Part shown: positions 17,166 to 30,400 of the stretch, one piece after another
Position numbering within the stretch: position 1 is the first letter of the stretch
Layout: the number at the start of each line of letters is the position of its first letter
From: Lenisia limosa
Taxonomy: Eukaryota; Protista; Breviatea
Assembly: GCA_001655205.1 (NCBI GenBank)
Contig: LPNZ01008925.1
Location: 1 to 64,000, forward strand
Direction: 5' to 3'
DNA length: 64,000 bases
Translations under genes and position numbers: made by a program
Notes under the pieces: model-generated
The model's database searches: none
Told to the model about the DNA's origin: nothing
Seen by the model: the letters and a program-made list of their open reading frames with translations, nothing else

Positions 17166-19900
17166 ATGGGGTCGCTTTTTGAATCTCTAAGCGAGTCCCA
17201 GAACAAGGAAGTACCTTCAAGTGGTTCACTATTCAAAGATAATATCCCTCCTCACCATGAGTCAGCAAAAGACCCTGAATGTTCGGAGCTGTCGAAAATG
17301 CTCTGTAATACTCTCTTTGTTCAAAGCAAAGGACCTTCATCAAGTGATCTACTAGCCCAATGTGCAGCCGAGGGTGCAAATGCACCAAAAAGCACAACTT
17401 TTTCGAAGAGTTCTCCTAGAAAGCCTTCCAGTGCCTCTCCTCGTTTAACAGCCTCTCCTCGCACTTCCTCCCCATATGCACCAAAGGATCCTCTTGATTG
17501 TCTCCAGACTTCAGCTGTGACGCTCAAGTATGTTTCAGTTTTGTGGTGACTTTTTAGCCCAACGGATGGACGGACATACTACTCCAGCAAAGAAATGATT
17601 GCAATTGGAAGATCAGCTTTGAAGCTGAAACCCCTTGGGCTTGATGATTTCTTGTCCCCATCGTAAGTCACAATCTATTTTGGATGATGTTAACTGTTCA
17701 TTAGATTGAATATTTCTCTCCCCAAAAGTTGGAGCTCACCAAAAAACAATTCTGGTAAGTGCAAAAGAGTTTTAACTTTAATCTTTCCGAGTAAAAGTGT
17801 TAGAACTGGCATCGAAGACTAAATGGCAACCGCGTGAACGACCAGAAAGCAGATTTGAGAGGCCTGAACGATCTTCGTAAGAACATATCAACTTGCTTTT
17901 GTTAATTTCACTAGACGTGAGCCCCCTCGTACTAAGAGCAAAAACAGCTGGATTCTATCTAAATCAGAGTATGATTGGGTCTTGAGTAGTTTAGCGAACG
18001 GGATTGAACGGGTGTATGTATCAAATAGTATAAAAAATTTACAAAGTTATCCTCTGTCCAAAGCTGTCAATACCGTGTATTAATGAGTAAAGTAAGAAGT
18101 TTGATCTGGAGCGTGAGAAGATCAAGGCGTCAACACATCAAGACAGTTACCTCAAAGAAGACGAGGAACTTCCTGAATGGGCAGACTTCGACATGATGGG
18201 TGAAATGAATGAAGAGGAGTGGCAGCCCATGTGTATGAGGGTAAAATGCACTGGTATATTAGCAGTTTATACAGAGTGAATTTGCCTTTTTCATAATACT
18301 GTCTTATAATTTTAGCACTTGATGTGATGGAGCAAGAACGGTTGAAGTATTTTGAACAACTGGGAAAGAAAGTACCAAGTAGGGTGGAAATTTTAAATGT
18401 TTTTTTATTTTCTAGCTCGTAAAGGAGCAACCGAGTCTGACGAAGAGGAGAAAGAGGAGAAAACAGTTGACCCAGGTTTTGACCTCCTTTCGGCCCTTCA
18501 GGTTTGGACGACTGAGTGCACAACTCTGACTTACACCGTAGAACTCAGCACCAACCGATATACCTGTTGAGCCACTCGAGCCATCCCCGACAAGCGAGAC
18601 TATTGTTTCAGGTACTATCACTGAGGCTGAATTACTCGGACATGCGCCGTCAGAAAACACTGATCGTGGGGGTGGGGGCATTTGTATTGATGTTTTTTCT
18701 GCGGATAATTTGGTTTGTGTTTTCTCTGAAGATGTCTTAAGTTCGTAACCTGGTTCTGTTTAGAACAAGCAACGATCGATCATGATCTACATCTTGATGA
18801 TGATAGTACCACTGATCTTTTGTCGATGCTTCGAGCCAACTCCGGGGCTGAGGCATCATCTCGCCAAAGCTCTCGATTCTCTGCGTTCTTTGCGGGTGCG
18901 TTGGTGTTCATACAAGAAAAGTGAATTTCCGGTATTTTTGCGAGAAAAAAAAAAAAAAAAATACACTGCAACAAGTTAACGATATCGACATTCAGAAGTA
19001 AATTTAGGGGGAACCTCTCCTTCGCATCCTCACATTGCAGAAGAAACTGTTCCTAAGAAGGCCGAAGAAAAGAAGGATTTAACTTCAATGCTTAAAAGTT
19101 TGAAAGAACCTGAGAGGAAGGTTTGTTCATTTGGGACTGTACGTGCTTATCCTGTAGGAAGTGGTTGAGGTAGCTCCTCCATCAGATTTGGTAGAACCAA
19201 TTCCCGCCGCTATTGACCAGCCGCTGCAGCCGAAGCAGGAAGAGGTCTCTCCCGATGTTGATGAAGTTCTCCAAAACCTGTCGATGCCTATATCAGATGC
19301 ATTGCGCCATGCCACACCAATGTCGACCGACCCGGTGCCACTGACTCATGGCGACCCCGCATACGGCCGCGTTGCCACCAAACAAGCTAATGACGCCATG
19401 CAGTCGCAGATCAACGATGCAATGCGGTACGAAGCGCTCAAGAAACAGCAAATACAGCAGGCCCGCCATATGCAGCAGCAATATAGATACCAGAAGCATC
19501 AGTATCAGGGACATTATGCCCAACCCCAACCCCAGGTGTATTACACTCAAACACCCCCAACACAGCATATCTATCAGCAGTCGCAACAGCAGGTTTTACA
19601 ACAACAAATGATGCAGCAACAACAGGCTCACCACCAGCCGATCCATATTTACAAACAACAGTACAGCCCTGAGGAGTATGGGCGAAACTTACCGCGGCCT
19701 GGGCAGATCACTCCGAATGTACCAGGCTCAAACATCACCCTTGAGCAGGAGGGTTCTGCAATTCTTTCCAAGTTCATTCCATCGCAACAAGTATGTTGGT
19801 GTCGGGTAATTGGTGCTTTTTTTTTGGTTTGACATGTTCAGAGGCGCATTGTGCCAAATGTGCCCCAACCGATGTCATCAAATCACTCTAGGTACACAAG
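17166..19900 (+). CDS. Low-complexity, Gln-rich putative eIF4E-interacting protein (4E-T/GIGYF-like)
   Basis: Short motifs YYSSKEMIAI (Yxxxx-hydrophobic, eIF4E-binding-like), EDEELPEWADF and SSRFSAFF, plus a Gln-rich C-terminus at 19440-19660. The family call rests only on short linear motifs. Confidence 0.45.
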
Positions 19901-20605
19901 ATGGTTTTTTTTGAAAAGTAACTGTTCCTGATGTAACATTACTCACATGATAGGCGCCGGCACCAAAGACGACAACTGACCTCCAAGGTGTCGATGGTAG
20001 GCCCCTTTTTCTCAATCGGATTGATCTCTCTAGACTTCTGCTCCTGATGGCTACCCCACTCAACATCAATATTTCTCTCAAGTCCCCTCTCCTGGTGTAT
20101 ATTATGTGAGCGAAGTGAATATTGTGCTCATTCTTTTACATGTTGACTGACCTTTTTCAGCAACAACAGCCCATGTAACTCTCTTCATTTTCTTCTCTTT
20201 GTCTCTTCTATTTTCATGTGTCATTTCGGTTAAGTTTTGTTTTGATAGATTCTTTCCCCTGGGTACTTTGATTATTCGATTTTTCTTTATATCTGGAGGC
20301 TTTATGGCTTTATGGCTATGCAAGGTTTATGTTGAAGGAAGTTGGAAGGAAGAAATATTTAAGATTTAAGGCACATTTGGTCTAATACCAATACCTCAAT
20401 TGATCGTGATAAGGCCGTGACGTTTTTTGGTCTCGCCCTCTCCCCCCAAAAAAAATCTCAAAGCCAAAACCACAAGCTCTGCCAGCTTCTTGTGCAGCTT
20501 TGCTATAATAGATAAATATACAAGAAACACCACACACGCCAGTGATCTCAATATAATATTCGCGGTTCTCTGGAACTGAGGTCTTATTTTCGACTCTATA
20601 TCCAT
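19900..20605 (-). CDS. Small hypothetical protein
   Basis: ATG at 20605 (MDIESKIRPQFQRTANIILRSL), followed by splice-bounded exons KLHKKLAEL, DIKKNRIIKVPRGK..VAEK, ERGLERNIDVEW, EINPIEKKGPTIDTLE. Confidence 0.4.
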
Positions 20606-20661
20606 TAGATTATCCTGCTTATCCTAAATTTTGTCCAATTTATTGTTAAAGCCACGCTACA

Positions 20662-21782
20662 ATGGCCAACGCACTGAGTTTATCTCCAGATTCTAAGGTT
20701 CTTTTCAGAGGTAAGGCAAATTCGACTGTTGTGATAATTTTAAAATTAGGTCACCGTGATGATACCATTGTTAGCCAACTGAATGCAAGAAACAATTCTG
20801 AAAAGCACCTCTTATTCAAGGTAACATCTCTATTATTCTTTCTAACGGCTAGATTAAAACGACTGCTCCTAAAAAATACAGTGTCAAGCCGAATTCTGGC
20901 CTTATGCGCCCTATGACTGATTTCTCTGTTGACAGTATGGGGTGATCTTAAAGCAAAGCGTGTCATACCGATGAGTGTGATGAGAAAGTTTTTCTACAAG
21001 TAATATGCTATAGTTTCCTATCAGCCAAAGTCTGGAGACATTCCTGCACCAAAAGACAAGTTCCTTTTTATGTGGCTTGAAATTGGACAAGAAGAGGCTT
21101 CTTGGGATCCCGCCAGACAACAAGACCTTGTAAGCCTCCTTTCTTGCTTTTGGACCAGATTTAAACGGTTTATAAGGAACTGGGAAGTCTAGTATTTATC
21201 AAATATAGTTCAAGGAAAGGCCAATGGAGACAAACGAGAAGAAACTGAAGACCCTTTTCGAGGAAATTGACCGTGAAACGGAGGTGCGTTATTTGAACGT
21301 AGACATCTGACCCTCTAGGATGACAGACTGAATAACACTTCACCTGATATTTTGCCTCCTGTAAGTGTACTCACATGATGTTTAAAGATTCGTTTTATGT
21401 CGCACTTGTTCATTGTTTCAGTACGACACATCCATTGATGAAACCCATTTCGAAGAAATCAGGTCCTTGAAGAGTGATATTGCACAGGTAGGGGTTCGTA
21501 GTTACATGTTCTCTATTTAGTTAGTGTGATTTTTTAGCTCTCCATGGCATTTGAGCAAAGCCAAAGCAACACTGCGCGGTTGAACAGCACTATCCAGGAG
21601 CTGGAGGATAAAATCCTTGAACTGAGTGCACCAGCCGAGGTTGGCTTGTGTTGTTTCAATCTCATTCTCTTTAGGCCCCTATTCAGCACACACAATCCAG
21701 CAACCTGAACATGGTTCTTCTTTCTGTTATTCTTTCCATCATTGCTGCTTTGGCTCTGCAGTACATTCCTGTCTCAGTTTAA
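20662..21782 (+). CDS. VAP: VAMP-associated protein (MSP domain, coiled coil, tail anchor)
   Basis: LLFK/IKTTAPKKYSVKPNSG (VAP FFAT-binding signature), DKFL motif, coiled coil, C-terminal TM MVLLSVILSIIAALALQYIPVSV*. Confidence 0.9.
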
Positions 21783-21938
21783 TTGGGTTTGCATCATTTG
21801 TATATCAATATAGCTTTTGTTTTAGTTTCTTTACCTTTTCTTATCTTTGAGTGAGAGTATACTTTTGCAAAAGATGGTTTATTTTTGTATTGTTTTTTTG
21901 CAGAAAAAGGAAGTGAGGGATCTGTACATTCTTCTTGA

Positions 21939-22023
21939 NNNNNNNNNNNNNNNNNNNNNNNNNNNNNNNNNNNNNNNNNNNNNNNNNNNNNNNNNNNNNN
22001 NNNNNNNNNNNNNNNNNNNNNNN
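21939..22023. other. Assembly gap (one of about 11 N-runs; others near 33004, 35121, 37476, 48159, 51410, 52679, 58748, 59796, 63754)
   Basis: Runs of n, several flanked by G or C homopolymers. Confidence 0.95.
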
Positions 22024-22779
22024 TCTATAATAAATAACTTTTTTGCAAGAACAATGAGAAAAGTTAAATGTTTAAAGGAAAAATGGTGTGATATGTGGGC
22101 TGGTGGGTGAGTGGGTGAGTGAGCAGTAACTCTGGACGCCCCAAAACCCGCCCGAAAGCCTTGAAGGGCTCGGCGTAAGCTCCTGGCGAGCGGTTGTTGC
22201 GTGGGGATGATTGGAGGGGGGGGGGGACGCACACTGCAACACCTGTGTGTGTGGGCGCCACGAGGGGCGTCAATAATAAAAAAATAGTGGGGTAACGCTG
22301 GATACCGCCGGCGATGAAAAATCGAGAAAAATCAAAAAATCGAACTAACAACACCCTGACAACACCAAACTGAGGAGAGAAACTGCTGAGGAACTCCAGA
22401 CTGGCAGGAGTACATGTACACGTAGGCCGCCTTGACCGCCTTGCATGAGGTCTGACACGTTTGACTCATTGTTTGTGCATTGTCTTGAACTCAAATGCTG
22501 GCGATATGGCTATACGAATTTGGAGCAGAAATGGCTGTCGTATGTATATGAGTTAATGCTAGGAGTCATAAAAATATGTACCTAGGTGTATCATATATCT
22601 CATGCTACTACTATGGTATTATAACGCATCCAATTGCGGCATTTTATGGATCTTATTTCTTGGGTTAGTAAAAAATAAGACCTTTAGTGATAAAGAAAAA
22701 GTCCACATGTGCATTGAACTCCTATTTGGAAATTTAACGGTTTCCTTCCGTAAAATCACCAATACAGTCGAAGTCATCA

Positions 22780-23651
22780 ATGAAACCTGTTATGCTCTGT
22801 TTCCATGGCCTTTATCAGGTGAAGCTAGGGGACGAGTAGCCGGACACCTTACCTTTCAAAGGCTCATTATGTTTTAGTCAGGTCTTGTCTTTGCCGAAAA
22901 GTGTCAGCCTTTAGTTGCTCAGCTGTCTCACCAGGTTGATTTTTGTGAGGAAACCCTTATGTTTTTCTCACTTGTCGTTAGTGTTTCTTGATGGGCCTTT
23001 CCTTTCAGTTCCAAAAATAACGCAATCTTCGAAAGCTATAGCAAATGGCAATCAGGTTTGATGAGTTTAATCATTTGGGGTGCGGTAATCAAAACTTTTA
23101 TTGAGTAATATTTCCAGGACTTTCGATCATGGCTCTCAGGAAAGAACAGTTCCGGGGCGGAATCGCTTACTTCTGTGAACAAAATTGTGAAGGGTCTCAA
23201 AGAGCCTTTTGGTGTTTTAGGGTATGTAACCCTTTCTGTTCCATTTAAATGCAACAGATTCAGCCAAGGAGGGATGATAGCCTCATTGTTGTGTTCCCAA
23301 AAGGGGCTTGATATTGTAGGAGAAGCTCCTAAATTTGCCATCTTAATCTCAACAACGGTATATTTATACCCCAATATTTGCAACCTTCACTTCTTCTGTA
23401 GGTTCCCTCTAGAAATGAGTTCTTGTCTCTCAAATATGAACCTCTAATACCTTCTCTCCACATTTACGGCAAAAAAGATTTGGTCATTCCTGCTTTGAAA
23501 AGTCAAGGTGAACGCTGTAGCCATTTACGCTCTAGATTTGGCACGTCGGTTTTCAAATCCCTTGGAGGTGGAACACGAAAGTGGTCACATCATGCCACCA
23601 CCGCCCCACTGCCTTAGTGCAATTACTCAGTTCATTCGGAAACAGTCCTAA
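22780..23651 (+). CDS. OVCA2: FSH1/OVCA2-family serine hydrolase
   Basis: MKPVMLCFHGLYQ; GVLG-FSQGGMIASLL (nucleophile elbow); PSLHIYGKKDLVIP (Asp); EHESGHIMP (His); stop TAA at 23649-23651. Confidence 0.85.
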
Positions 23652-23720
23652 TTCAACACTCTGAGGTAACAAGTAAGCTATCAGTGGAATAAATAAATTA
23701 AAATACAGGGCAACAAACCA

Positions 23721-26700
23721 TTAGAGTAATTCTTCGTCCTCAATATCCGAAAAAGCGCCGATCTCGTCCCCCACACCGGACGGCATGACTTGGGTCTTGA
23801 AATGATCTTCAACTTCATCATCCTATTCAATTTAAGTCAGATGTCATATTTTGTAAAATGTAGTTATAAAACATGGAATGTTTGATTTGCTCACAAAGAA
23901 GTCAACTTGAGTGTTGAGGTTTACAATTTCACTTTGGCTTAACTGATGGGCCATTGGCGCTGGCATGAGTGGAATTTCAGCTAGATATTAAGAAGCATAA
24001 ACGCAGAAAGCTGTACACACAGATGTAGGCAAATGATTGGCTGAATTTATATTTTCGATACTATAATCCAATATCTGCTTTAAGCGTGATGGCATAGACA
24101 GCTTCGGCTAGACTACCGATTTTTATTCTAAATTAGTATACCATATCATAATTATCATAGTCCGATTTCACAATTGCCATCTAAATATAGTCAGAAAAAA
24201 CAGACTGTAAGAAAAATAACCAGAATGCAGTATCAATGCTGTCTAGATTCCAAGAATACTATATGAAACCCTATCATGGATAAGACGAACAGCAATTAGA
24301 GGGACGTGGCTCAAAATTTGAAAAAGAGACTCCAGCAACTCAAAATAAAAAATTTATTTCACTTGAATCATAAGAATTGTTTTATTGTGTGTACTGTATA
24401 ATCCTATATTTTAATCTCCTATTGAAATAAAATAGTTGTTAAACACACTATACAGGAAAACTATCACCACATTGACATGTATGCAGTTCCTCAGAAACCA
24501 TTAACCAATTCAACTGTAGTTCTCATAATTTTAGTCAAAGAGAATGAATAGTTCCACATCTATTATTATATACTATATCATAGTAATAATAACAAACGCT
24601 GGTTATAATATATTATTTCCGTCACCAAACCTTTTGGACCTTCAACAGTTGCGTAGTCGCCTTCGTCTACCCTGAAATAGTCAGAAAGCACCACTCACTT
24701 CAGCACTTACCTATTTGATTGGGGTTCTAACTCCAGTGGAGGTGATGGAGTTTTTTGAACTGGAGGTGGGGAAGGTTTAACAGGGCTGGCGTCAGGGGAT
24801 TTGGATTTGGGAACTGTTGAAATAAATAAAGAAGCGCCCATCGAAAGTTTCAAAGAACAAACCAAAACCACGCATAATTAGCCAAGTACCAGGATTTTGT
24901 TTCATTCGGGACTGAAGTAACTTGGTCGTCGAAGTGAGGTACTCAAACTAAAGTGTTAGCGAGAAGGCCAAGGCATTACCTGGTCTGCAGGGCTGAGGGC
25001 AAGGAAAGATGCCTGGTAAGCAACAGGGAGGGTTTTAGAAAACAAAATATGGGCTTCAGGAGGGGATTGAATCTTTAAAATAACAAGGTCCCGAGCAGAA
25101 CGGAAGTATAACTGAGCATGACGATGGTCTTGTTTCGTGTCTGAGGTATCAGAACAATCCGTTTTAGAAAACAAAACGATTCCAATCATACTGAGAGGTA
25201 CTCGGTTATGGTGCAGAATGAAATCGGATGTCACCCCCAGTTCCTAGAACAATTATTCTTGTATTAAGGCACATTGGTAAAGAGCAGAACTTACCGTTCT
25301 GATTAAAACTCTCAGGTCTCGAAGAGTGGTGCGTGGTTCAAGAATGACTTCACCAAGAATATTGTGGTCATCATCACTATTATCTTTGTAGACAATGACA
25401 GGCATGCTTTGGTCAACCTCTTGCGAAGAAACTGTTCCATCAGTTATTGAGACGTCAAACCTGGGTTTCCGCTTGCTTCCACAAGTTGCTGCTGTTTGAA
25501 AAGATATTTCACCATTTCAGTAAGCTCTGTGAAACCCTGAAATTTAGTTCATAAAACTCTTAGACCTCCTACCTGAGATTTTCCTGGAGAGGGTGCATTG
25601 TTTGATTGATTTGCAGTGGCAATAGCAAGCTGCTGTTGAAGCTGTCGGAGCTGCTGCTGATGCTGCTGCTGCTGCTGCAATTGCTGTTGTTGTGCTTGTT
25701 GTTGCTGCTGCTGCTGTTGCTGCTGTTGTTGCTGCATAAGCATTGAATATTGCTGCTGATTCATAGTCGACTGATCATGGTGTATATTGGATCGAGGAAG
25801 AGGCTGCTGGATGATTTGCTCAAGTTCCATGGTCGTCATATTAGCTGGCCCTTGTGGTACATCCAAATGTCTATTAAAGGCGCTCTAAATATTAAACCCT
25901 GAACCTTTAACAAACCGATTGTGATGCAGGTGCAGGTTGTACAATTTCAACGAAATCGTTTTGGGGATTGCCTGGCTGAAGGGAATGAACACTTAACTCT
26001 GGTAACACAAACATTCTTTTCTTCATATGCAGCGATTGTATCATCATTGACATTAATGAGACTAACCTAAGTGCAAGTTAGATCAATTATCGGATTTTCA
26101 GCCTACCATTCCAGTTGCATTTTTAATTTCAACATCAAAAAACGTTTCATTTCCCACCATTACACAGTCTAAAAGAATAAGCAGACTGTACAACAAACCT
26201 CCTGTACAAAGACGTGCACTTTCTTCGTGTTTCAGTACAGATTGCTTTTCTTGAATATTGGTCACAGTGGTAGCGTTTGTTGATGAAGTGCTTTTAATCA
26301 TGAAAGATCTAAAAAAACGTGAGGATTTTACGTTTATCAATTACTTAACCATGTTCGAATCAAGAATACTGTATTGGAACCGTTAACACGCCTTGAGCAC
26401 AAAAAGGTTTATGTATTTGACCAATATATATGCCCACATACGATTCGTGGTAGTAAATTTGACAGTGAATCTTTGAAACGTAGTCGTCAGGTATGACAAT
26501 GTGGTTTTGTTTTGACGTTGAACGACCCACCTGCGGATAACAATAACGCTGAACCTTACTTTGCAAATCACAGCCCGACCTATGACAAAGACTTGTTTCG
26601 AGAGAGGCCCTTTTTCCCTTACTAGAGAGTGATGGTCACGGAAAATGAAGTTAGCAAACCATGAAGAATGCACTGTGGGTCATTTTCACCGACAGGAGGA

Positions 26701-27226
26701 AGCGGTTCAGGATGCATTCTTCTGCCATGTGAGAAAACAATCAACAATACCCAAACTTACGCTGTGCTCTTTCGACTTGATTTTCGGTCACCTTTTGCCC
26801 CTAAACGGTAATGGACCCAAAACCTCGCGGCACCTACTTGAGGATGAACTCGGCGATTCCTATAGCAATGAGAACAAACAGCAATGAAGCAGAGTAAAAA
26901 TAATACACTGTCTGCCAACCCTGGAGGGAGCTTTCTGGAGTGATGATGCAGGGGAAACCTAAAGCATGACCATTGCCTCAGCCTCATTTGTGATTCACCC
27001 ACTTACAACCACTTCTTCAGGCTTGTTCGGCAGCGGGTCCTGAGAAGTCAATTAAAAAAAAAAAAAACATTCACCTTGAAACACCAACCATATTTTCGTT
27101 GACTATTTCTCCGTCTCCATCAATAGCAACATTCTGCGTTTCGCAAAACTCCAACTCGTCATTTTGAGGAGGTACATAAGGTGCGACTGGTTGAATGGAC
27201 GGATCATCTAAATCACTGTCAACCAT
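23721..27226 (-). CDS. FHA-domain protein with poly-Gln tract and a ubiquitin-like-looking segment
   Basis: FHA motif VGRSTSKQNHIVIPDDYVSKIHCQI; polyQ exon 25549-25866; segment ILGEVILEPRTTLRDLRVLIR..ELGVTSDFIL; about 650-nt intron at 23982-24632; stop TAA at 23721-23723. Confidence 0.7.
24035..24109 (+). repeat. Dispersed repeat segment in the long FHA-gene intron
   Basis: gattggctgaatttatat..actataatccaatatctgctttaagcgtgatggcatagacagcttc aligns with 61354-61420, and its 3' part aligns with 29997-30023. Confidence 0.6.
25630..25745 (-). repeat. CAG/CAA coding microsatellite (poly-Gln)
   Basis: (tgc/tgt)n runs on + translate to QQQQQQQQQQQQAQQQQLQQQQQHQQQ on -. Confidence 0.9.
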
Positions 27227-27455
27227 ATCATATATATACACAGAGCAATGACATTAGTTTCCAATAGTAATTATTGTTCACTATTATATAAATATACCAT
27301 TCTTAGCTGGAGTGCAGTCGTAGTACTGTTCTGGTTCTCCGGCTATTGTAGATTCAAAGCGGTTATTAGCCAATGGCTGGTGCTCCTGGGTTTTCTTTCG
27401 CTAAAAAGTGTTAATAAGAATCAATTTTAATCAAAACAAATGCACCAACCCCCAT

Positions 27456-30400
27456 GATGGTCTTCGGATCTGAAGTTCACAGAACAAGAACTCGGATCAA
27501 TTGGGTTTTCTTCCTTCTAGATACTGCACTTCTGCACTGTGTGTGTCTGCACCTAACACTTTTCTTATCTCTCTACTGGTTAAACAGCTAAAAACTAAAA
27601 ATTTGTTTTCCTCCAACCCTTTACGATCAGTGATCGCGTTGCCAAGCCCGGCTCGCTTTCGTCCAGCTTGCGTCCAGCTTTCTCTTCCTTCTCAGCTCAT
27701 GGAAACTCAGCAGAAATTAAAAAAGAGTTGAAGTTAAGAAGAGAGAACAGGAATGGCCATTTTCTCCCCCTCCCCAGTATAACGGGCCCAACTGACTAGT
27801 GGGTCAGAGAGAAATGGATCCACAAAACGACATTGAGGCTTTCCTCAAGGTTTGACTGTTTCACATTCTCTTTTTTCAAGAGTGTACCCTCATCACCCAG
27901 CGTATTGATGAAAAATGTGGCCACGAAATATCCAGTGCTGCTGAGTCGAGAGTAAATGCGTATGGGGATTTATCCTTTATGAATTTCTTACTTGTCTTAT
28001 TGAATTTGTTCAGATTATTGAGTGACTCTTCCGTACCTCCTATTGTGCCTACATTTGGAAGTGGTTTGAGGGGTGTTTGATGTACTGAGATAAGGATAAA
28101 CCCATTTGCTTTCACCCTCAAGACAACCTTGAAGACCTTCTTTCCATCCACTCTTCCATTATTGGTGAACAAGAAGCTAAGACTCCGAATTATAATAATG
28201 TCCAACAAGACCCTCATTTTAGGTGAGGCTTTTTGCATTTTTTTTCACCATATAGCTCCAAGCCCCCTGAATTTCCCCTCCCTTCTCCACCAGGTGGGCT
28301 GAGAATTGTGTTGCTATTTGGGAAATGAAAATTATTCGAAAACATAATGTTCCATGCACTGCAATTATTAAATTGAGATACTCACTTCATAACATCTTAT
28401 TCGCAACCTAGAAACGCCAAGTAAAGAATTGCAATCAACCCTTCCGTCCACTCCACGTGTGTATTCCGCAATTCCAAAACCAGCATCATACAGCGACCAA
28501 ATGGGTAGGTTACAGCTGTCATAAAAATATTGATTTTTGTGATTCCTGGTTTACAAAGCAGGGTATAGCCGAAGGTCGCTGTCGCCACCCGATCCTTTTG
28601 ATCCCATTTCGGAGTTGTATGTCAAAAAGGCTCTTCCCGATCATAGCGACTCGGAACCACTTTCCCAATATTACTCGAGACTCACGATTGAAGATTACGT
28701 AACACCATATGGATCTCCAGTCATTTCGCAGCCTATTGTGGTTCCTCAGGCGAAAGTCAAATCACCAACCATTCTGGCAGAAACAATGAAGAAGTCCCCA
28801 AGTCCGTCAGAGCAATACATCAACCCCTCACATTCGCTTTCGTCCCTTAAGCCAAGCTTTCGACCCCGTTCCTCAGCAGGTATTTCGACAAATCTGCATT
28901 CTTAAACTTGTTGTGGGCTATTTATTCAGATAAATTCAATTTACAATGAAGGTCGAAACCCGCCAGCAGTGATCAAGTCCGAGCTTCCAAGTAACTCACC
29001 ACCTACCCAAGGCTTTTCTGGACACCGACCGTTGACAACGCAATCCAGACCAAGAGTCGAGTCTTCTCACAGTGGCTCTGAGGGTCATCACAGACGCCTC
29101 TCTGCGTCCCCTTCAACACAGTATGCCTCGTTACCATGGATCCTGGTTTTATTCACTTATCTCCATTTAATTTTTAGGGCCAAACTTAGAGAGAACAGAC
29201 AGCTGACATCCCCTGATCGAACAAGGCTTCCTGAAGCAGCCCTAAGAACTCTGACAATGGACTCCATTTTGGATGACTCGTTCTTTTCCGAAGCTGAGAC
29301 AGTGGTCCAAGACGCCCCCCTCAACGCGTGGGGTTCCCCAATTCAGCCAAGTGCTGGTGATGACCAGCATAGAATTGAAGATGGATCGGGTTCTGAGGAT
29401 GAGGCTCCTTCAAGATGGAAGTATGTTGGGACCAATTTCGAATTTCATTGACACATCAGACAAATGTACGGTGATCGTCGCAAAGAGACGGACATTGATC
29501 GAGCGTTGATGGCGTTAGAACCGCCTTCGGGTGCTGGATCTCTCCCTAAGCCGCCCAGCAAACAAACGAAATCCCCCCATCACAGCCTTAGTTCTGGCAG
29601 CGACCACGAAGGCACTACTCCCCATTCAAACATTTGGGCTGCTGCTGGTATTGTTGTCCCCGAGTTGAGTATCCCGGAAACTCAAAAGACACCAAGTAAC
29701 TCAGACATCTTTGGTAGGGTACCTTTTCGCTGCTAATCTATTAAGCTGAAGATGTTTCATTTCTTCTGGGTGTCAATTTGCCCGTATCTCCACCCCAAAG
29801 GTAAGGAATGTGGGGATACGGGGTGGGTCGAGGGAGATAAGCTATTTATCAAAGAAGTCAACGTAAGATTGACTCACATTATCGAGCATATGAAAAACTT
29901 ATCTCATACTGCGAATAAATATTGTTAGCTCATCTAACCTGATGTTAGTTTAGCTTGTTCCCAATTATGGAAAAAAAAAGGGGGGTAGGAGGCCATAGCG
30001 TGATGGTGTGGACGGCTTCAGCCAAATACTACCCAACAGTGTTCAATTTCCATTTCTTCGTTCAATTTTCTCTTATTATTCCTTATAATCTCTTGCTTAT
30101 ACTATTCTTTTTTATCACTGTCAGTACTCCTTCACCACCCTGCCCATCGCCTGTTGTTTCAGACTCAGTGAAAAGCAAGGGTACGGCAAGGCCTGTTCTA
30201 TCAAAAGGCGCTTCGGAACCTAAAAAGAGGCGTGACTGCAGCACCAAGGAATCTAAAGTGAGTAGCCAGCTGTTTTTGATTAATTGACACCAGCCCTCCT
30301 CTTTGGTTGAAAAATCTCTTCCTGATGATGTTGAGCAGCGCATTAGAGCCAGGTACCAAGCTGAGAAGGCGCGAATCTTTGACAAGGCTGGAATCAAGCC

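Noticed and set aside
22100-22480. GC-richer patch after the gap with short ORFs
   Set aside because: No consistent splice path or recognisable motif; it may be a promoter or a gap-edge artefact.
27876-28238. 120-aa minus-strand ORF
   Set aside because: It is the antisense shadow of in-phase plus-strand exons of the CCDC191-like gene.
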